From: Candidatus Sysuiplasma jiujiangense
GTDB taxonomy: Archaea; Thermoplasmatota; Thermoplasmata; Sysuiplasmatales; Sysuiplasmataceae
Assembly: GCA_019721075.1 (NCBI GenBank)
Contig: JAHEAD010000004.1
Location: forward strand, 1-64,000
Length of the DNA stretch: 64,000 nucleotides
Direction of reading: 5' to 3'
Below the pieces are notes generated by a model. It was not told the origin of the DNA and made no database searches. It was given only the letters and a program-made list of their open reading frames with translations. The position numbers were made by a program, and so were the translations under genes. Numbering within the stretch: the stretch's first letter is position 1; each line of letters begins with the position of its first letter. Positions 49,078 to 59,279 of this stretch are shown here, one piece after another.

Positions 49078-50651
49078 TGCCGCTCTCTTTCCTCCTTCGG
49101 CATTCCGTATATGTTCCGTCCGGAAAGACCAGGTGCTAAACCGATCACCGCTATCCTTAGGGGCAGAACCAGATTGTTCCGAACATTTCTGGCAGTTTTT
49201 TCAAACAATTTTTCAGGAAACCTTACCCCCGGGTATACACGGATGTTGATGGCACGTCTATCTGCCGTGATATTGACCGCAGAACAGCCCTTCTCAAGGA
49301 GATCAATGAATTTCTGACATGAAGCGATCTTTGATATCGATCCCCTCTCCTCCCCGCTGAGCAGTTTTCCATACCTGAAAAGCAGTCTGTCTGAAGCGCG
49401 GGCATTCCTGCATCTGACTGCAGAAAGAGCTAGAACCAGCTGATGTCCCGGACTGAGCGTACAGTCCTCACCCATCAGTTTGTAAAAGAGAAACTCGGGC
49501 GACGATGCCGGTTCTCCGTCAATCCCGTCCCGCACCAGATGTGTAAGAATGAGGCTTTCGGAGGAGTTGATCGCACCATAGTCTTCAAATGCCCGTATCA
49601 TCTGATCAGACTTCCTGGGAGTGGGTGCCTCCTGTGCTGATTTCAGATGGCTCTCTATCGAAGCAACAAGATCCGCATCCTTATCGTGGTAAAGATGACC
49701 GTTTATGAATGAAGTCAGAATGCCGTCTCTGAGACCATGGGTGCTGACCACCAGTTCCTTCAGGCCCAGCTTCTTCATGAGGAGACCCACAACTGCAGAT
49801 CCTGCCGTTACGGTCGAAGCCCTGCCGTCACCAAATGACTGAACGTTCTGCAGTTTTTTAACCGGTGTTCTGGAAAATCTAAGTTTTGCTTTTTCGATGG
49901 AAGAGGATCTGACAGTGAAGTTGTGTATCTTGTCGAATGGATAACCCGATTTCTCCTGATCATATCTTGCAAGCGCTCTTACAGTGCCTCCGACGCCGAC
50001 AAGCGCGGCATCCCCGCTGAGGCCGAGTTCATCCCTATCCGGCAGTGACTCCGTTATGTGTTTTTCCATTCTGCTGTAGTTCTTTTCAGTGAAATTGCCA
50101 TCTCTGCCTGCGTACAGTTCCGTCAACCGGAGAGATCCGAGAGGTAGCGATAACAGACGTCTGATTCTGAAATTTTTCAGATAAACAATTTCAAGGCTTC
50201 CTCCGCCGAGGTCGAAAAACAATGAAGTTTTTCTTCCCGTTGACAGCATGGCGCCGAAAAGTGAATAAAGCGCTTCTTCTCCTGAGGACAGGACTCTTAT
50301 TCTGAAGCCGGTCTTTTGGAATATCAGCCTGAGGAATTTATCACGATTCTCCGCTTCTCTGAACGGACTTGTGCCCACAGTTATGGTGTGCCTTATCGAT
50401 TCGGCTCTGATGATCTCTCTGCAAATTTCCAGAGCATCAACTGTGCGTTTGACAGCTGCCGGAGCAAATGTCTTCCTTTTCACAAGGCCTTCGCCAAGTC
50501 TCGTCTTGACTCCGAATTCGCCGCATACGCGGATTAAATTTCCCCTTCTGACCTCGTAATTCACCATTTTGATGGAATTGAATCCTATGTCGATTACAGA
50601 CACCTTCAGCGCATGATCGGATTCCCGGCCCGGCACGATTATCTTCGGCAT
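49074..50651 (-). CDS. ppx: Ppx/GppA exopolyphosphatase
   Basis: IDIGFNS, REAEN, EEA, DLGGGSLE, GGTVR and GLRDG motifs. Confidence 0.92.
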   Translation of the reverse strand: MPKIIVPGRESDHALKVSVIDIGFNSIKMVNYEVRRGNLIRVCGEFGVKTRLGEGLVKRKTFAPAAVKRTVDALEICREIIRAESIRHTITVGTSPFREAENRDKFLRLIFQKTGFRIRVLSSGEEALYSLFGAMLSTGRKTSLFFDLGGGSLEIVYLKNFRIRRLLSLPLGSLRLTELYAGRDGNFTEKNYSRMEKHITESLPDRDELGLSGDAALVGVGGTVRALARYDQEKSGYPFDKIHNFTVRSSSIEKAKLRFSRTPVKKLQNVQSFGDGRASTVTAGSAVVGLLMKKLGLKELVVSTHGLRDGILTSFINGHLYHDKDADLVASIESHLKSAQEAPTPRKSDQMIRAFEDYGAINSSESLILTHLVRDGIDGEPASSPEFLFYKLMGEDCTLSPGHQLVLALSAVRCRNARASDRLLFRYGKLLSGEERGSISKIASCQKFIDLLEKGCSAVNITADRRAINIRVYPGVRFPEKLFEKTARNVRNNLVLPLRIAVIGLAPGLSGRNIYGMPKEERERQ

Positions 50652-51146
50652 TTAGTCCATTCTCTTGATCTGCCCGGGCGTGAGAAGCCATCTGAGTCTG
50701 CCCTCAATCTTTGGAGTGAACGAAGCGACTGATATTTTCGCAAGTCCTGTTTTCTTAAGGGAAATTCTGCAACTGCACGTGTTGCATATGATATCTCCTA
50801 TCATGGAACTGAGGTAAGGTTCATGACCCACTATGAGTATTCTGGAAGAACGGTTCAGCTTTGACAGCCTGGCATAAAGCACAGCGCGGCTGCCTTCAGG
50901 TCTGAGTTCCTCCCAGTCTTCCACAGATGCACTGCGCATTCTACTGCCTATCAGAGCAGCCGTTTCGTGTGCCCGCTTCAGCGGGCTCGCAGCGATAATA
51001 TCAAACCTGTATTTGCGCCTTCGGATGCAGGAATATATCTCTTCGATCTCCTTCCTGCCTGGAACGGTCAGCGGCCTCTCCGAATCTTTCTTAGATACCG
51101 AAAGTCTTTTTCCGGCCTCTCCATGTCTCATGATGAACATTTCCAT
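50652..51146 (-). CDS. sixA: SixA-type phosphohistidine phosphatase
   Basis: MRHGEA, RPLT, SPLKRAHETA and VGHEP motifs. Confidence 0.92.
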   Translation of the reverse strand: MEMFIMRHGEAGKRLSVSKKDSERPLTVPGRKEIEEIYSCIRRRKYRFDIIAASPLKRAHETAALIGSRMRSASVEDWEELRPEGSRAVLYARLSKLNRSSRILIVGHEPYLSSMIGDIICNTCSCRISLKKTGLAKISVASFTPKIEGRLRWLLTPGQIKRMD

Positions 51147-51664
51147 GCAATCAGTCCCCTTTCTCTTTTTCAGCGCAACGCCTGCGTGAATTGTTTTACG
51201 TTGCCGCGAATGCAGCGTATTCTCCCATCTTCATTCTTATCTCCCTCACCGGTCAGGCAATGGCGGCGGCACATGTCTCCTCCTGAAATACCACTTCCAT
51301 GGACATCTGCATCATTCTCAGCACAGCAGTTTCCTGTAACTTTCCATCGATGCCGTACCATTTCATCTTGCCCCTGATATGCAGTCACTGACCGCTGCAA
51401 CGGGAATGATGCTGCAGGAGTCCCGTCCCTGGCCGCTGCCCAAGCATTCATTCCCGGGCTTTATCGTGCTGGAAATCATACACTCTATTTCCCGCTGTAT
51501 CTCAGAACAGGCCTCGTATGTAGATAATCTGTTCATAGAAAATATAGAATACATAGGAGCTTACTTCTGTCGCCAATGCGGAATTTTCAGCTCGCCGATG
51601 CACCACCTTGCGGCAGATACTGTGTCGTCGCCACGGCGTAAATGCGGAATTGAGCGCTCTTTTC

Positions 51665-53158
51665 TCATTTGTTTTTCCTTCTTCTCTTGAGAAACACGCC
51701 AATAACACTCAGAACTGAGATGATGGCAAAAAATGTGCCGAGCGTCACGTAATATGAAGCCGCATAAACGCCGTAGTTTGCTGGCACGAAAACGGATGTA
51801 TTCTGCATGGAAAGATTGCTTTCGCCCGAGCCGTTCAGCGTGTAGGGCAGATATCCGACAGGTATCTGTAGCGGCATAGGGAAATATGAAGAAAGGTTGA
51901 CGGGCTCCCGCGACGAACCGTAACCGAATGATATCGAGGAAGGTACCAGATTGCCGAAGAAGCCTGCCATGTTGATCGGCTGCCTGCGGATGAATCCTCC
52001 GGGATAGGTTCTGTTGAAGTTGAACATGTCGAGAGGAAGATTGGAGTACGATACGAACCTGTTTAACGCCGGCAGTCTCCAGTTGTAGTCTATGAAGGCT
52101 AGGATCGAAGCATGATTCATTACGGTGTCCGATACGTAGTCTTCCTTTGCATAAGGCGATATCAGGAACATCGGCACCCTGAAACCAAGCTGCACTCCGC
52201 AGGTTGCCGGAGGCGCAACCTGATCGTAATAACCGCCCCCTTCGTCATAATTAATGAAGATGGCGGTGGAATTCCACTCTGCGCTGTGCATCACTATGTC
52301 CACGATATAAAGCAGCCACATCTCCCCTATGAGCACATTGTCTGACGGGTGCTGGCTGTATCCTGATGCTCCGCCTCCGACGGGCATTACAAATGAAACC
52401 GGAGGGAGCGAGCCGCTGTTTACGTCTGAAACGAAACCACTCCACGGAGCTATGTTGGCGGAATAGCGTGTAATTCCCTGAAAATAATTGAGGGGGTAAG
52501 GAATTCCATTTGGCGTCTGAACATAATATTTCCAGAGAATGTCATGACTGGCAAGCTCGTAGAATATTGACTGCGCAACCGGTATCTCAGGTGGTGGATT
52601 CTGGTCGGAAGTAATCGGCGTGTATCCTGCGAGACTCATCAGCCTGTTGGGATCTGTTTCAGAGAGATAACTGGCAAAGTACCTGTCGGCTAGTGAAAAC
52701 TCCTCTGCTAGATCAAATTCAGGCGCGATCTGTGCGGAGGTGAAATAATACATGGACTGGGGACCCGAACCGTTGGCGAAACCGTTCATGCGTCCGTGAT
52801 TCCAGTCTGTGTGGTAGGGTCCGTAGCCTTCTATAGGATCGGGGGTGCTGAACCGTCCCACCGGAACGCTTTTCAATAAACCAGAGGGACGGGAGCTTAC
52901 GAGATTTGCAGGTATGGTGATGTTTGCTGCCGGAAAGGTCCCTCCCGGACGGATTTCCTCCGGGTAGACGCCGAACATATTGTCGAAACTGTGGTTTTCC
53001 ATCATCACTTCAATAACATGTTTTATTGGCGTCCGCGTGTCCTGACCGCCACTGCCGGCAGCAATGGCTGGTAGAATTACCGCGTTCAATGGAGTGAGCA
53101 GCAGGATCGTGGTGAGAACTAAGGTCAGTGCCCGGATCCTGCGCGTGCATGACGCCAT
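51665..53158 (-). CDS. Membrane-anchored phosphoesterase (phospholipase C / acid phosphatase family)
   Basis: Signal peptide, TPIKHVI..MENHSFDNMFG, PNRL, YDEGGGYYD, GFRVP and C-terminal TM with basic tail. Confidence 0.9.
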   Translation of the reverse strand: MASCTRRIRALTLVLTTILLLTPLNAVILPAIAAGSGGQDTRTPIKHVIEVMMENHSFDNMFGVYPEEIRPGGTFPAANITIPANLVSSRPSGLLKSVPVGRFSTPDPIEGYGPYHTDWNHGRMNGFANGSGPQSMYYFTSAQIAPEFDLAEEFSLADRYFASYLSETDPNRLMSLAGYTPITSDQNPPPEIPVAQSIFYELASHDILWKYYVQTPNGIPYPLNYFQGITRYSANIAPWSGFVSDVNSGSLPPVSFVMPVGGGASGYSQHPSDNVLIGEMWLLYIVDIVMHSAEWNSTAIFINYDEGGGYYDQVAPPATCGVQLGFRVPMFLISPYAKEDYVSDTVMNHASILAFIDYNWRLPALNRFVSYSNLPLDMFNFNRTYPGGFIRRQPINMAGFFGNLVPSSISFGYGSSREPVNLSSYFPMPLQIPVGYLPYTLNGSGESNLSMQNTSVFVPANYGVYAASYYVTLGTFFAIISVLSVIGVFLKRRRKNK

Positions 53159-53180
53159 AACATTTCCTTCTCGCTCCGAA

Positions 53181-54158
53181 TCAGCTGAGATATGGTAATG
53201 CCCTTCCGAAACCGCTCGCAATGGCTATCCCGGCGGTGACGACGATAAGAAGCATCACTGCAAACGAATAGTAATCAGCTCTGGAAAAGGATACCGGTTT
53301 CATATAGGTCATTCTGTCATACGCCCTGAAGGCCCTGGTATCGGCGGAAATTGCCGTGTCTCTCGCCCCTCTCAATATGAAAACAAGCACCGGCACGATG
53401 CTAGCAATCGCCGCTACAAGATAGTAGATCGGCCTGAACACCCTGAAGGATCCGGAACCAAGTCCACGCATGAACTGAATTTTTATGGCAGCCTCCATGG
53501 CTTCGAATATTCTCGGTATCGTTTTCATGGCTACGACTATTGAAAAAGTGAATGCTATCGGAACGCCGAGCCTGTTGAGCGATCTCAGTATTTCTGAGGG
53601 AGTGCTCGTCATCACAAGCAGAAGGCTGGCGAGCGAAATCGCAGTGAAACGCATCGAAATCTGCAGTCCATATATGATGCTCTGCAGTGTGAGGGCGGGT
53701 ACGTAGCCCATGTATGAAAAATACGACGGCCAGATCCACAGCGTGGTGAAGTGATGTGTGTGCAATGCGATGGCAAGCACAACAGGAGGTGTGAACGGAG
53801 CATATCCCCATGCCACGCCCACAACGGTCGTGATTGTAAGGTAGACAGCAAGCAGAAACTTTCTCTTCCCGTCGCGGAGAGTGAGATATGAAAGCGCAAT
53901 AGCCGCCGTGATGATGGCGCCAACCCACCAGATGGCTGCTGCCGACACAATCATCACAATGATACTCATGGCTATCTTCGTGACCGGGTTCAGGCGGTAG
54001 TAAAAACTGTCATGCTTCTCGAATCTGGTAATCTCCTTGAAACCGGAAAGGCCAATCGCCCTGAGAACGACGAGCAACGGAAGCCCGACGCCGAACGATA
54101 TCAGAAGCCAGCTTATGACGTTCACAAATATAATTCCAGCCAGTCCCATTAACCGCAC
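53181..54158 (-). CDS. ecfT: ECF transporter transmembrane T component
   Basis: YRLNPVTK, TSTPSE, MRG and TRAF X-R-X motifs. Confidence 0.87.
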   Translation of the reverse strand: MRLMGLAGIIFVNVISWLLISFGVGLPLLVVLRAIGLSGFKEITRFEKHDSFYYRLNPVTKIAMSIIVMIVSAAAIWWVGAIITAAIALSYLTLRDGKRKFLLAVYLTITTVVGVAWGYAPFTPPVVLAIALHTHHFTTLWIWPSYFSYMGYVPALTLQSIIYGLQISMRFTAISLASLLLVMTSTPSEILRSLNRLGVPIAFTFSIVVAMKTIPRIFEAMEAAIKIQFMRGLGSGSFRVFRPIYYLVAAIASIVPVLVFILRGARDTAISADTRAFRAYDRMTYMKPVSFSRADYYSFAVMLLIVVTAGIAIASGFGRALPYLS

Positions 54159-55831
54159 CTGACCAGAAAATCGCTAGGCGGAATTATTCCGTATTTTTCG
54201 CTCTCCCTGAAGCATTCCTCCGGTGTCCCCTCTATGACCTTCTTTCCGCCATCCATGATCATCATCATGTTTGCGTGTCTGTAAACGAATCTTGCGTCGT
54301 GAGTGACAACTACAAATGAAACCCCCTGACTCCTGAGGGATGAGAGCTCCTTGCCGAGCATTTCCCTGTGATAGAAGTCCTGCCCGGATGTGGGTTCATC
54401 CATCATTACTATCCTCGCCCCCGAAGAGAGCGCAGATGCCATGGCCACCCTTCTTCTCTGGCCAAAGCTCAATGTCAGCGGATCTCTGTCCTTCACTTCC
54501 CAGAGTGAGAACATCTTCAGAAAGTATTCTGTCCTTTCCCTCAGCTGTTTCCTGTCAGTCCTGCCACGTTTCCTCATGGAATATGATATTTCGTCCTCAA
54601 CTGTGCTGTTTATCAGGACGATGTCAAAGGCCTGCGGGATATATGCTATATGCCTGCCGACCTCCTGGACGGACGAGAAACTCAGATCATTGTCACCGAC
54701 CCGCAGAGAAATCTCGGCCTTCAGTCTCATGTCAAGCATTCCGCAGAGCGAATTCAGCAATGTGGACTTTCCGGCCCCGTTGCGACCCATTATCGCAAGC
54801 ATTTCTCCTTCAAAGAGCGAGAAACCGGTGTCCACTAGCGGGCATGGCCTGTCAGAATGAACGATGGAATGCGCATTCAACACCATCTTTCCAGTCACAG
54901 ACCTGTCGGGTGATCTGAAGTTCAGACCGCTTTCGGCAGCTATCTTTCTCACACTCTGAACATCTGTAGCATCGATTCCAAGCTTCCTTGCGACGAGGTA
55001 ATGCTCCGGAATTTCAATGCCTGCAGAAATGAGATCTTCCAGATGATCGGGAAGATCCTTCTTTTCTATGTCGAGCGTTATCCTGCCCCCGTCAACCAGG
55101 ATTATTCTGTCAACAAACGTAAGAACTCTTTCTACCTTGTGCTCGACAACCAGTATCGTCTTCTTACGGGCCAGCGATTTGAGCAATTCGAAGATCTTTT
55201 CCGTGCCTTCCGGATCTATATTGGAGGTTGGTTCGTCAAGTATCAGTATTTCCGGTTTCATCGCCAGCACGGATGCGAATGCCAGTCTCTGCATCTCTCC
55301 TCCTGACAGAGTATATGTTTCCCTGTCAAGCATCGTATTCATTCCTGTGATGTCTATCGCCTCCTTTACACGCGAGGCGATTTCCTCCGGCTGAAGACAG
55401 AGATTCTCAGGTCCGAATGCCACCTCCTCCTCTACGGTGTAATTCAGCACCTGTGTAGTCGGATCCTGCAACAGGGTACCGACATGGGAAGAGATTTTGA
55501 AGAGCGGTGTATCGCCGACTGTCAGTCCGCTTGTCATGACGGTCCCGGAAAGGTTTCCGTGGAAGATGTGCGGTATGACACCGTTGATACAGTTGACAAG
55601 CGTCGACTTGCCAGAACCCGATCTGCCGGTTATCAGTATCACTTCTCCCTCGCCGGCCTCGAATCTGTCCGCTTCCAGGGAACTTTCCGGAGCCCCTGTG
55701 TAGGAGAAAGAGAGATCCCGCACGAGTATGCGGCCACTTCCCGGAGACGATGGCTCTTCCCGAACGCCGCTTTCCCCACCAGTACCTAATCTGTGAACCA
55801 CCTGCAATTTCTTACCTGCCCTTTCAGACAC
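54149..55831 (-). CDS. ecfA: ECF transporter dual (A-A') ATPase
   Basis: Two ABC cassettes: GRSGSGKST/LSGGEMQR/LDEP and GRNGAGKST/LSFGQRRR/MDEP. Confidence 0.92.
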   Translation of the reverse strand: MSERAGKKLQVVHRLGTGGESGVREEPSSPGSGRILVRDLSFSYTGAPESSLEADRFEAGEGEVILITGRSGSGKSTLVNCINGVIPHIFHGNLSGTVMTSGLTVGDTPLFKISSHVGTLLQDPTTQVLNYTVEEEVAFGPENLCLQPEEIASRVKEAIDITGMNTMLDRETYTLSGGEMQRLAFASVLAMKPEILILDEPTSNIDPEGTEKIFELLKSLARKKTILVVEHKVERVLTFVDRIILVDGGRITLDIEKKDLPDHLEDLISAGIEIPEHYLVARKLGIDATDVQSVRKIAAESGLNFRSPDRSVTGKMVLNAHSIVHSDRPCPLVDTGFSLFEGEMLAIMGRNGAGKSTLLNSLCGMLDMRLKAEISLRVGDNDLSFSSVQEVGRHIAYIPQAFDIVLINSTVEDEISYSMRKRGRTDRKQLRERTEYFLKMFSLWEVKDRDPLTLSFGQRRRVAMASALSSGARIVMMDEPTSGQDFYHREMLGKELSSLRSQGVSFVVVTHDARFVYRHANMMMIMDGGKKVIEGTPEECFRESEKYGIIPPSDFLVRCG

Positions 55832-55842
55832 CCCTGTTCATT

Positions 55843-56718
55843 TCAGTGTCCTATTGCCTTCACTATCCTGACAGACGCCAGCGCCGCGAGCACACCGATT
55901 ACAATGTCTCCAGGAATGAACGCATAGAGATCGAAGAACACCTTCGCCCAGTCCACGACTCCGCCGTAAAGGAATGGAGAGAAGAATGCCCTGTAGAGCA
56001 GGGCGTCCGGAAATGCCAGGAGTGCAGCCAGTGTTCCTCCCTCGACGATCGCCTTGAATGTGGTAGAATGTACGAACTCGTTAATGGCTGAGAGATAATT
56101 ACCGCCGCTCAGTCCGCTTTTGCTTTCGGGGGACACCTGTTTGCCTGCGACAACAGTATCGCTCTCTTCCCCGGAACCGCCAGTCACTCCCGCCTTCCGG
56201 CCCGTGAATGAGTTTATCCTGTTCCCCAGAACACCGAAAAGGTTGCCTCCAGTCATTGCTATGAACAGATCTATGAGCAGACCGTAGGTCAGTACTTCAT
56301 AGATCGTGTATATCGGCTCACCGCCGAAGCCGTAGCTTATTATGTCGCTGAGGAAGTTGAATATGAAGAGTGTCGACATTCCTACGCCGACCTTTCTTAC
56401 AAGAGCTGCAACTATGAACAGTATGAATATCCTGCCCCAGAATCCGACACTGATGAAAGGTGTACTGGGCAATGCTCTGCTTATGAATCCTGCAAGATAG
56501 AATTCCCAAACGACCGCAAATGCAGAACCTATGCCTATGTAGACAAGATCAAGCGTCGTAAACTTCTTCAATCCGCCGTATTTCTTTCCGAGTATGAATG
56601 CAGCCCCGATCGCAACCACGAAGTATAGCAGAACCAGCTCCCATGGTATCTCTCCAGGTGCATTCACTATCCCACTAATTCCGTTGAACCCCAAACTTTT
56701 CACCCTGACAACAGACAT
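55843..56718 (-). CDS. Putative ECF substrate-specific S component
   Basis: Hydrophobic protein with FTTLDLVYIG and ALVRKVGVG S-component-like patterns; first gene of the ECF operon; start placed at 56718. Confidence 0.7.
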   Translation of the reverse strand: MSVVRVKSLGFNGISGIVNAPGEIPWELVLLYFVVAIGAAFILGKKYGGLKKFTTLDLVYIGIGSAFAVVWEFYLAGFISRALPSTPFISVGFWGRIFILFIVAALVRKVGVGMSTLFIFNFLSDIISYGFGGEPIYTIYEVLTYGLLIDLFIAMTGGNLFGVLGNRINSFTGRKAGVTGGSGEESDTVVAGKQVSPESKSGLSGGNYLSAINEFVHSTTFKAIVEGGTLAALLAFPDALLYRAFFSPFLYGGVVDWAKVFFDLYAFIPGDIVIGVLAALASVRIVKAIGH

Positions 56719-56745
56719 CTTCAAGCGTGTATAAGCAAAAACTGC

Positions 56746-56928
56746 ACATAGTCTAAGGTCTGCTTTGTTAACTACATAGACCAATCAGAACGCTGCTGCC
56801 GGAGTCTGCACAGAAACTGAAAATTTGTTCTGCCGCCCGGCAATAGAATGCGGTCTGTCCGAATTCTTAAATAAGACTCATTCGCAGCATATGTTTTCAA
56901 TCGCTCTACATAGTCCAATTAGTCCAAT
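56746..56928. repeat. Repeated motif (CT)ACATAGWCYAA(T), candidate operator
   Basis: ACATAGTCTAA at 56746, CTACATAGACCAAT at 56772, CTACATAGTCCAAT at 56906 and TAGTCCAAT at 56920, all in a divergent promoter region. Confidence 0.55.
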
Positions 56929-56978
56929 ATATACTAAATCGGCCTGACATAAGTACCGCTTCGTTTCTCAGTCATCTT

Positions 56979-58256
56979 ATGATATCTTTGAAAGAAAATA
57001 GCGATCTGGTCGATAGTTCGAAACTTCAGGGTTTCGTCACTCCGCGTTATGACGGCAACTGTATCTCCAACATACCCGATACTATTTTCAAGCTTCTTCA
57101 TCTCAGATACCACAACCCGCTCCGGATGGATCCCATTTACGACGTAGGCGACGATACAGAAAATGTAATACTGCTGCTCCTTGACGGTGTCGGTTTCAAG
57201 TTGCTGGAATACGCCGAATCCAAATTCAGGGTACCTTCCCTTGACAGCACTTTCGGCAGATCCTTCAACGGCTCAATAACGAGTGTATTCCCCTCTACGA
57301 CCGCGACTGCGCTTACGACATTAAACACCGGCCTGACGCCGCAGGAGCACGGGATACTGGGTTATACCTCGTATTTCAGGAACTTTGGCTCAATCGTGAA
57401 CATGCTCAAGTTTGCGCCCATAAGCAACGAGGAAGTTTCGCTGTTTGATGGCGGGATGGAGCCATGGATGATAGTGCCTGGAATCACCATACATGAAAAG
57501 CTCCGCAAGGAAGGCATTGATCCTTACATGTATGTGAGCAATTCAATAAGGGACAACGGTCTGTCGAACGTGGTAAACAGAGGGGCCGAGGTGGTACCGC
57601 ATTTTTCAGCTGCAGACATGTTCGTTCAGCTTAGAAAGAATCTCATAAAGAAAAGAACCGGAACGTTTCATTTTGCGTATCTCTCAACTCCAGACAGGAT
57701 TGCCCACATGCGCGGGCCTTTCACAGAAGAGTTCGGGGGGGAGGTAAATTCGATATTCCACTCACTGAAAAATGAATTGTTTGACAAACTTGACAGTGAA
57801 ATTGGAAAAAAGACAACTATCATTGTCTCTGCCGACCATGGTCATGCACAGATTTCCAGGGAAAACGTGTTTGACCTTGCAAAAAACAGGGAACTTTCGG
57901 ACATGCTCGCACGGCCGCCGACAGGGGATTCCAGGGCGTTTTTCATGAGTGCAAAAACAGGCTGCTCGGATGCCATAATAGATTACTTCGGAAGATATCT
58001 GGAGAATTCATTTAGCGTCTTCAGATCGAAGGATTTCCTGGATATGGGAATACTTGGTGACGGTACTCCGTCCGCTGAAACGGTTGATCGCATAGGCGAC
58101 ATTGTTGCAGTCGCAAGGAATAATGCTGCTTTCGAAAATTCTTTTCTTTCGACGATTCAGAAGTCAAACGGAACATGGCTGGAAGGCAGGCATGGCGGTC
58201 TCAGCGAAAATGAAATGCTTGTGCCCATAATTGCCTCGCGCCTGAACTCGCCATGA
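56979..58256 (+). CDS. Alkaline phosphatase superfamily nucleotide pyrophosphatase/phosphodiesterase
   Basis: LLDGVG, SVFPSTTA (catalytic Thr), D...H, ADHGH and GRHGG motifs. Confidence 0.9.
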   Translation: MISLKENSDLVDSSKLQGFVTPRYDGNCISNIPDTIFKLLHLRYHNPLRMDPIYDVGDDTENVILLLLDGVGFKLLEYAESKFRVPSLDSTFGRSFNGSITSVFPSTTATALTTLNTGLTPQEHGILGYTSYFRNFGSIVNMLKFAPISNEEVSLFDGGMEPWMIVPGITIHEKLRKEGIDPYMYVSNSIRDNGLSNVVNRGAEVVPHFSAADMFVQLRKNLIKKRTGTFHFAYLSTPDRIAHMRGPFTEEFGGEVNSIFHSLKNELFDKLDSEIGKKTTIIVSADHGHAQISRENVFDLAKNRELSDMLARPPTGDSRAFFMSAKTGCSDAIIDYFGRYLENSFSVFRSKDFLDMGILGDGTPSAETVDRIGDIVAVARNNAAFENSFLSTIQKSNGTWLEGRHGGLSENEMLVPIIASRLNSP

Positions 58257-58412
58257 TGTCCTTGCCGCCAGATCAGTGCGCTGGAGTGAAGTTAGCACTT
58301 TAATCAGATTCATTGTCCCTGAAATAACCATTAGGTCACCGGCAGTAAATCATGCAGATCGCTATATAATCTAATCAGGACACATATTTTAGTCCCCTCT
58401 CAATTCTTCAAT

Positions 58413-59186
58413 ATGATGAAACCCGGAAACCACAATGGCCAGCTGCGATCGCATTCGAACAGTTCCCTTCCCGGAGCAGTATTCTTCGACCTTGATGAGA
58501 CGATATTCGAATTCAGGAGTTCATCGCGAGCAGGGCTGAAGGCTGTTATTTCCAGTTTTCCTCAATTATCTTCAGTTGGAGACGAGACGCTGGAAAGTCT
58601 GTACTGGAACCTTGGCAAAGAAACGCTGCAGCTGGTCAGATCAGGTAATCTTGAAATAGGGTGTGAAAGCGAATACAGATTCAAGAAGCTGCTTGAATTT
58701 TTGGGGCTGAATGTGAAAGAAGACGAATTGAGTTCACTGATAGTCTCCTATGATGCAGAATTCTCGAAACAGTGCCGAACCGTTCCGGGAGCAAGGGAAA
58801 TACTGGCAGGCATTAGAGATGGCGGCATAAAGATAGGGGTGATTACCAACGGCCCAAGGAAAACTCAAATAAAAACCCTTGAAAGACTGAAATTGAACCC
58901 TCTTATTGACTTTATGATCACTCCGGACGATGCAGGTGCTCTCAAACCTGACCCACGGATTTTCATCCGAGCAACAGACCTCGCTGAAGTTCCGCCCGAA
59001 AATTCGGTAATGGTGGGTGATTCATGGGCAAACGACATCCTTGGTGCAAGCAGTCTCGGTATAAAGCCAGTTTGGCTCAACAGAAAAGGTGAACAGATAC
59101 CACTGACTGATGTCGCGATATCGATAACCACTCTATGGGAACTGCCTGGAATCATAGGTCTGCAGCCGGTTATAAGTCCGCCATAA
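58413..59186 (+). CDS. HAD-superfamily hydrolase (YjjG-like nucleotidase)
   Basis: FFDLDET, ITNG, KPDPRIF and VGDS..ND motifs. Confidence 0.88.
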   Translation: MMKPGNHNGQLRSHSNSSLPGAVFFDLDETIFEFRSSSRAGLKAVISSFPQLSSVGDETLESLYWNLGKETLQLVRSGNLEIGCESEYRFKKLLEFLGLNVKEDELSSLIVSYDAEFSKQCRTVPGAREILAGIRDGGIKIGVITNGPRKTQIKTLERLKLNPLIDFMITPDDAGALKPDPRIFIRATDLAEVPPENSVMVGDSWANDILGASSLGIKPVWLNRKGEQIPLTDVAISITTLWELPGIIGLQPVISPP

Positions 59187-59279
59187 TGATATCGGACAAC
59201 ATATCGATTACTCTATCCGGGTGTATACCGTCCTTTACTGAGACAGGGACAGGCTGTTTCTTACATTTCAGTCTTGCAG

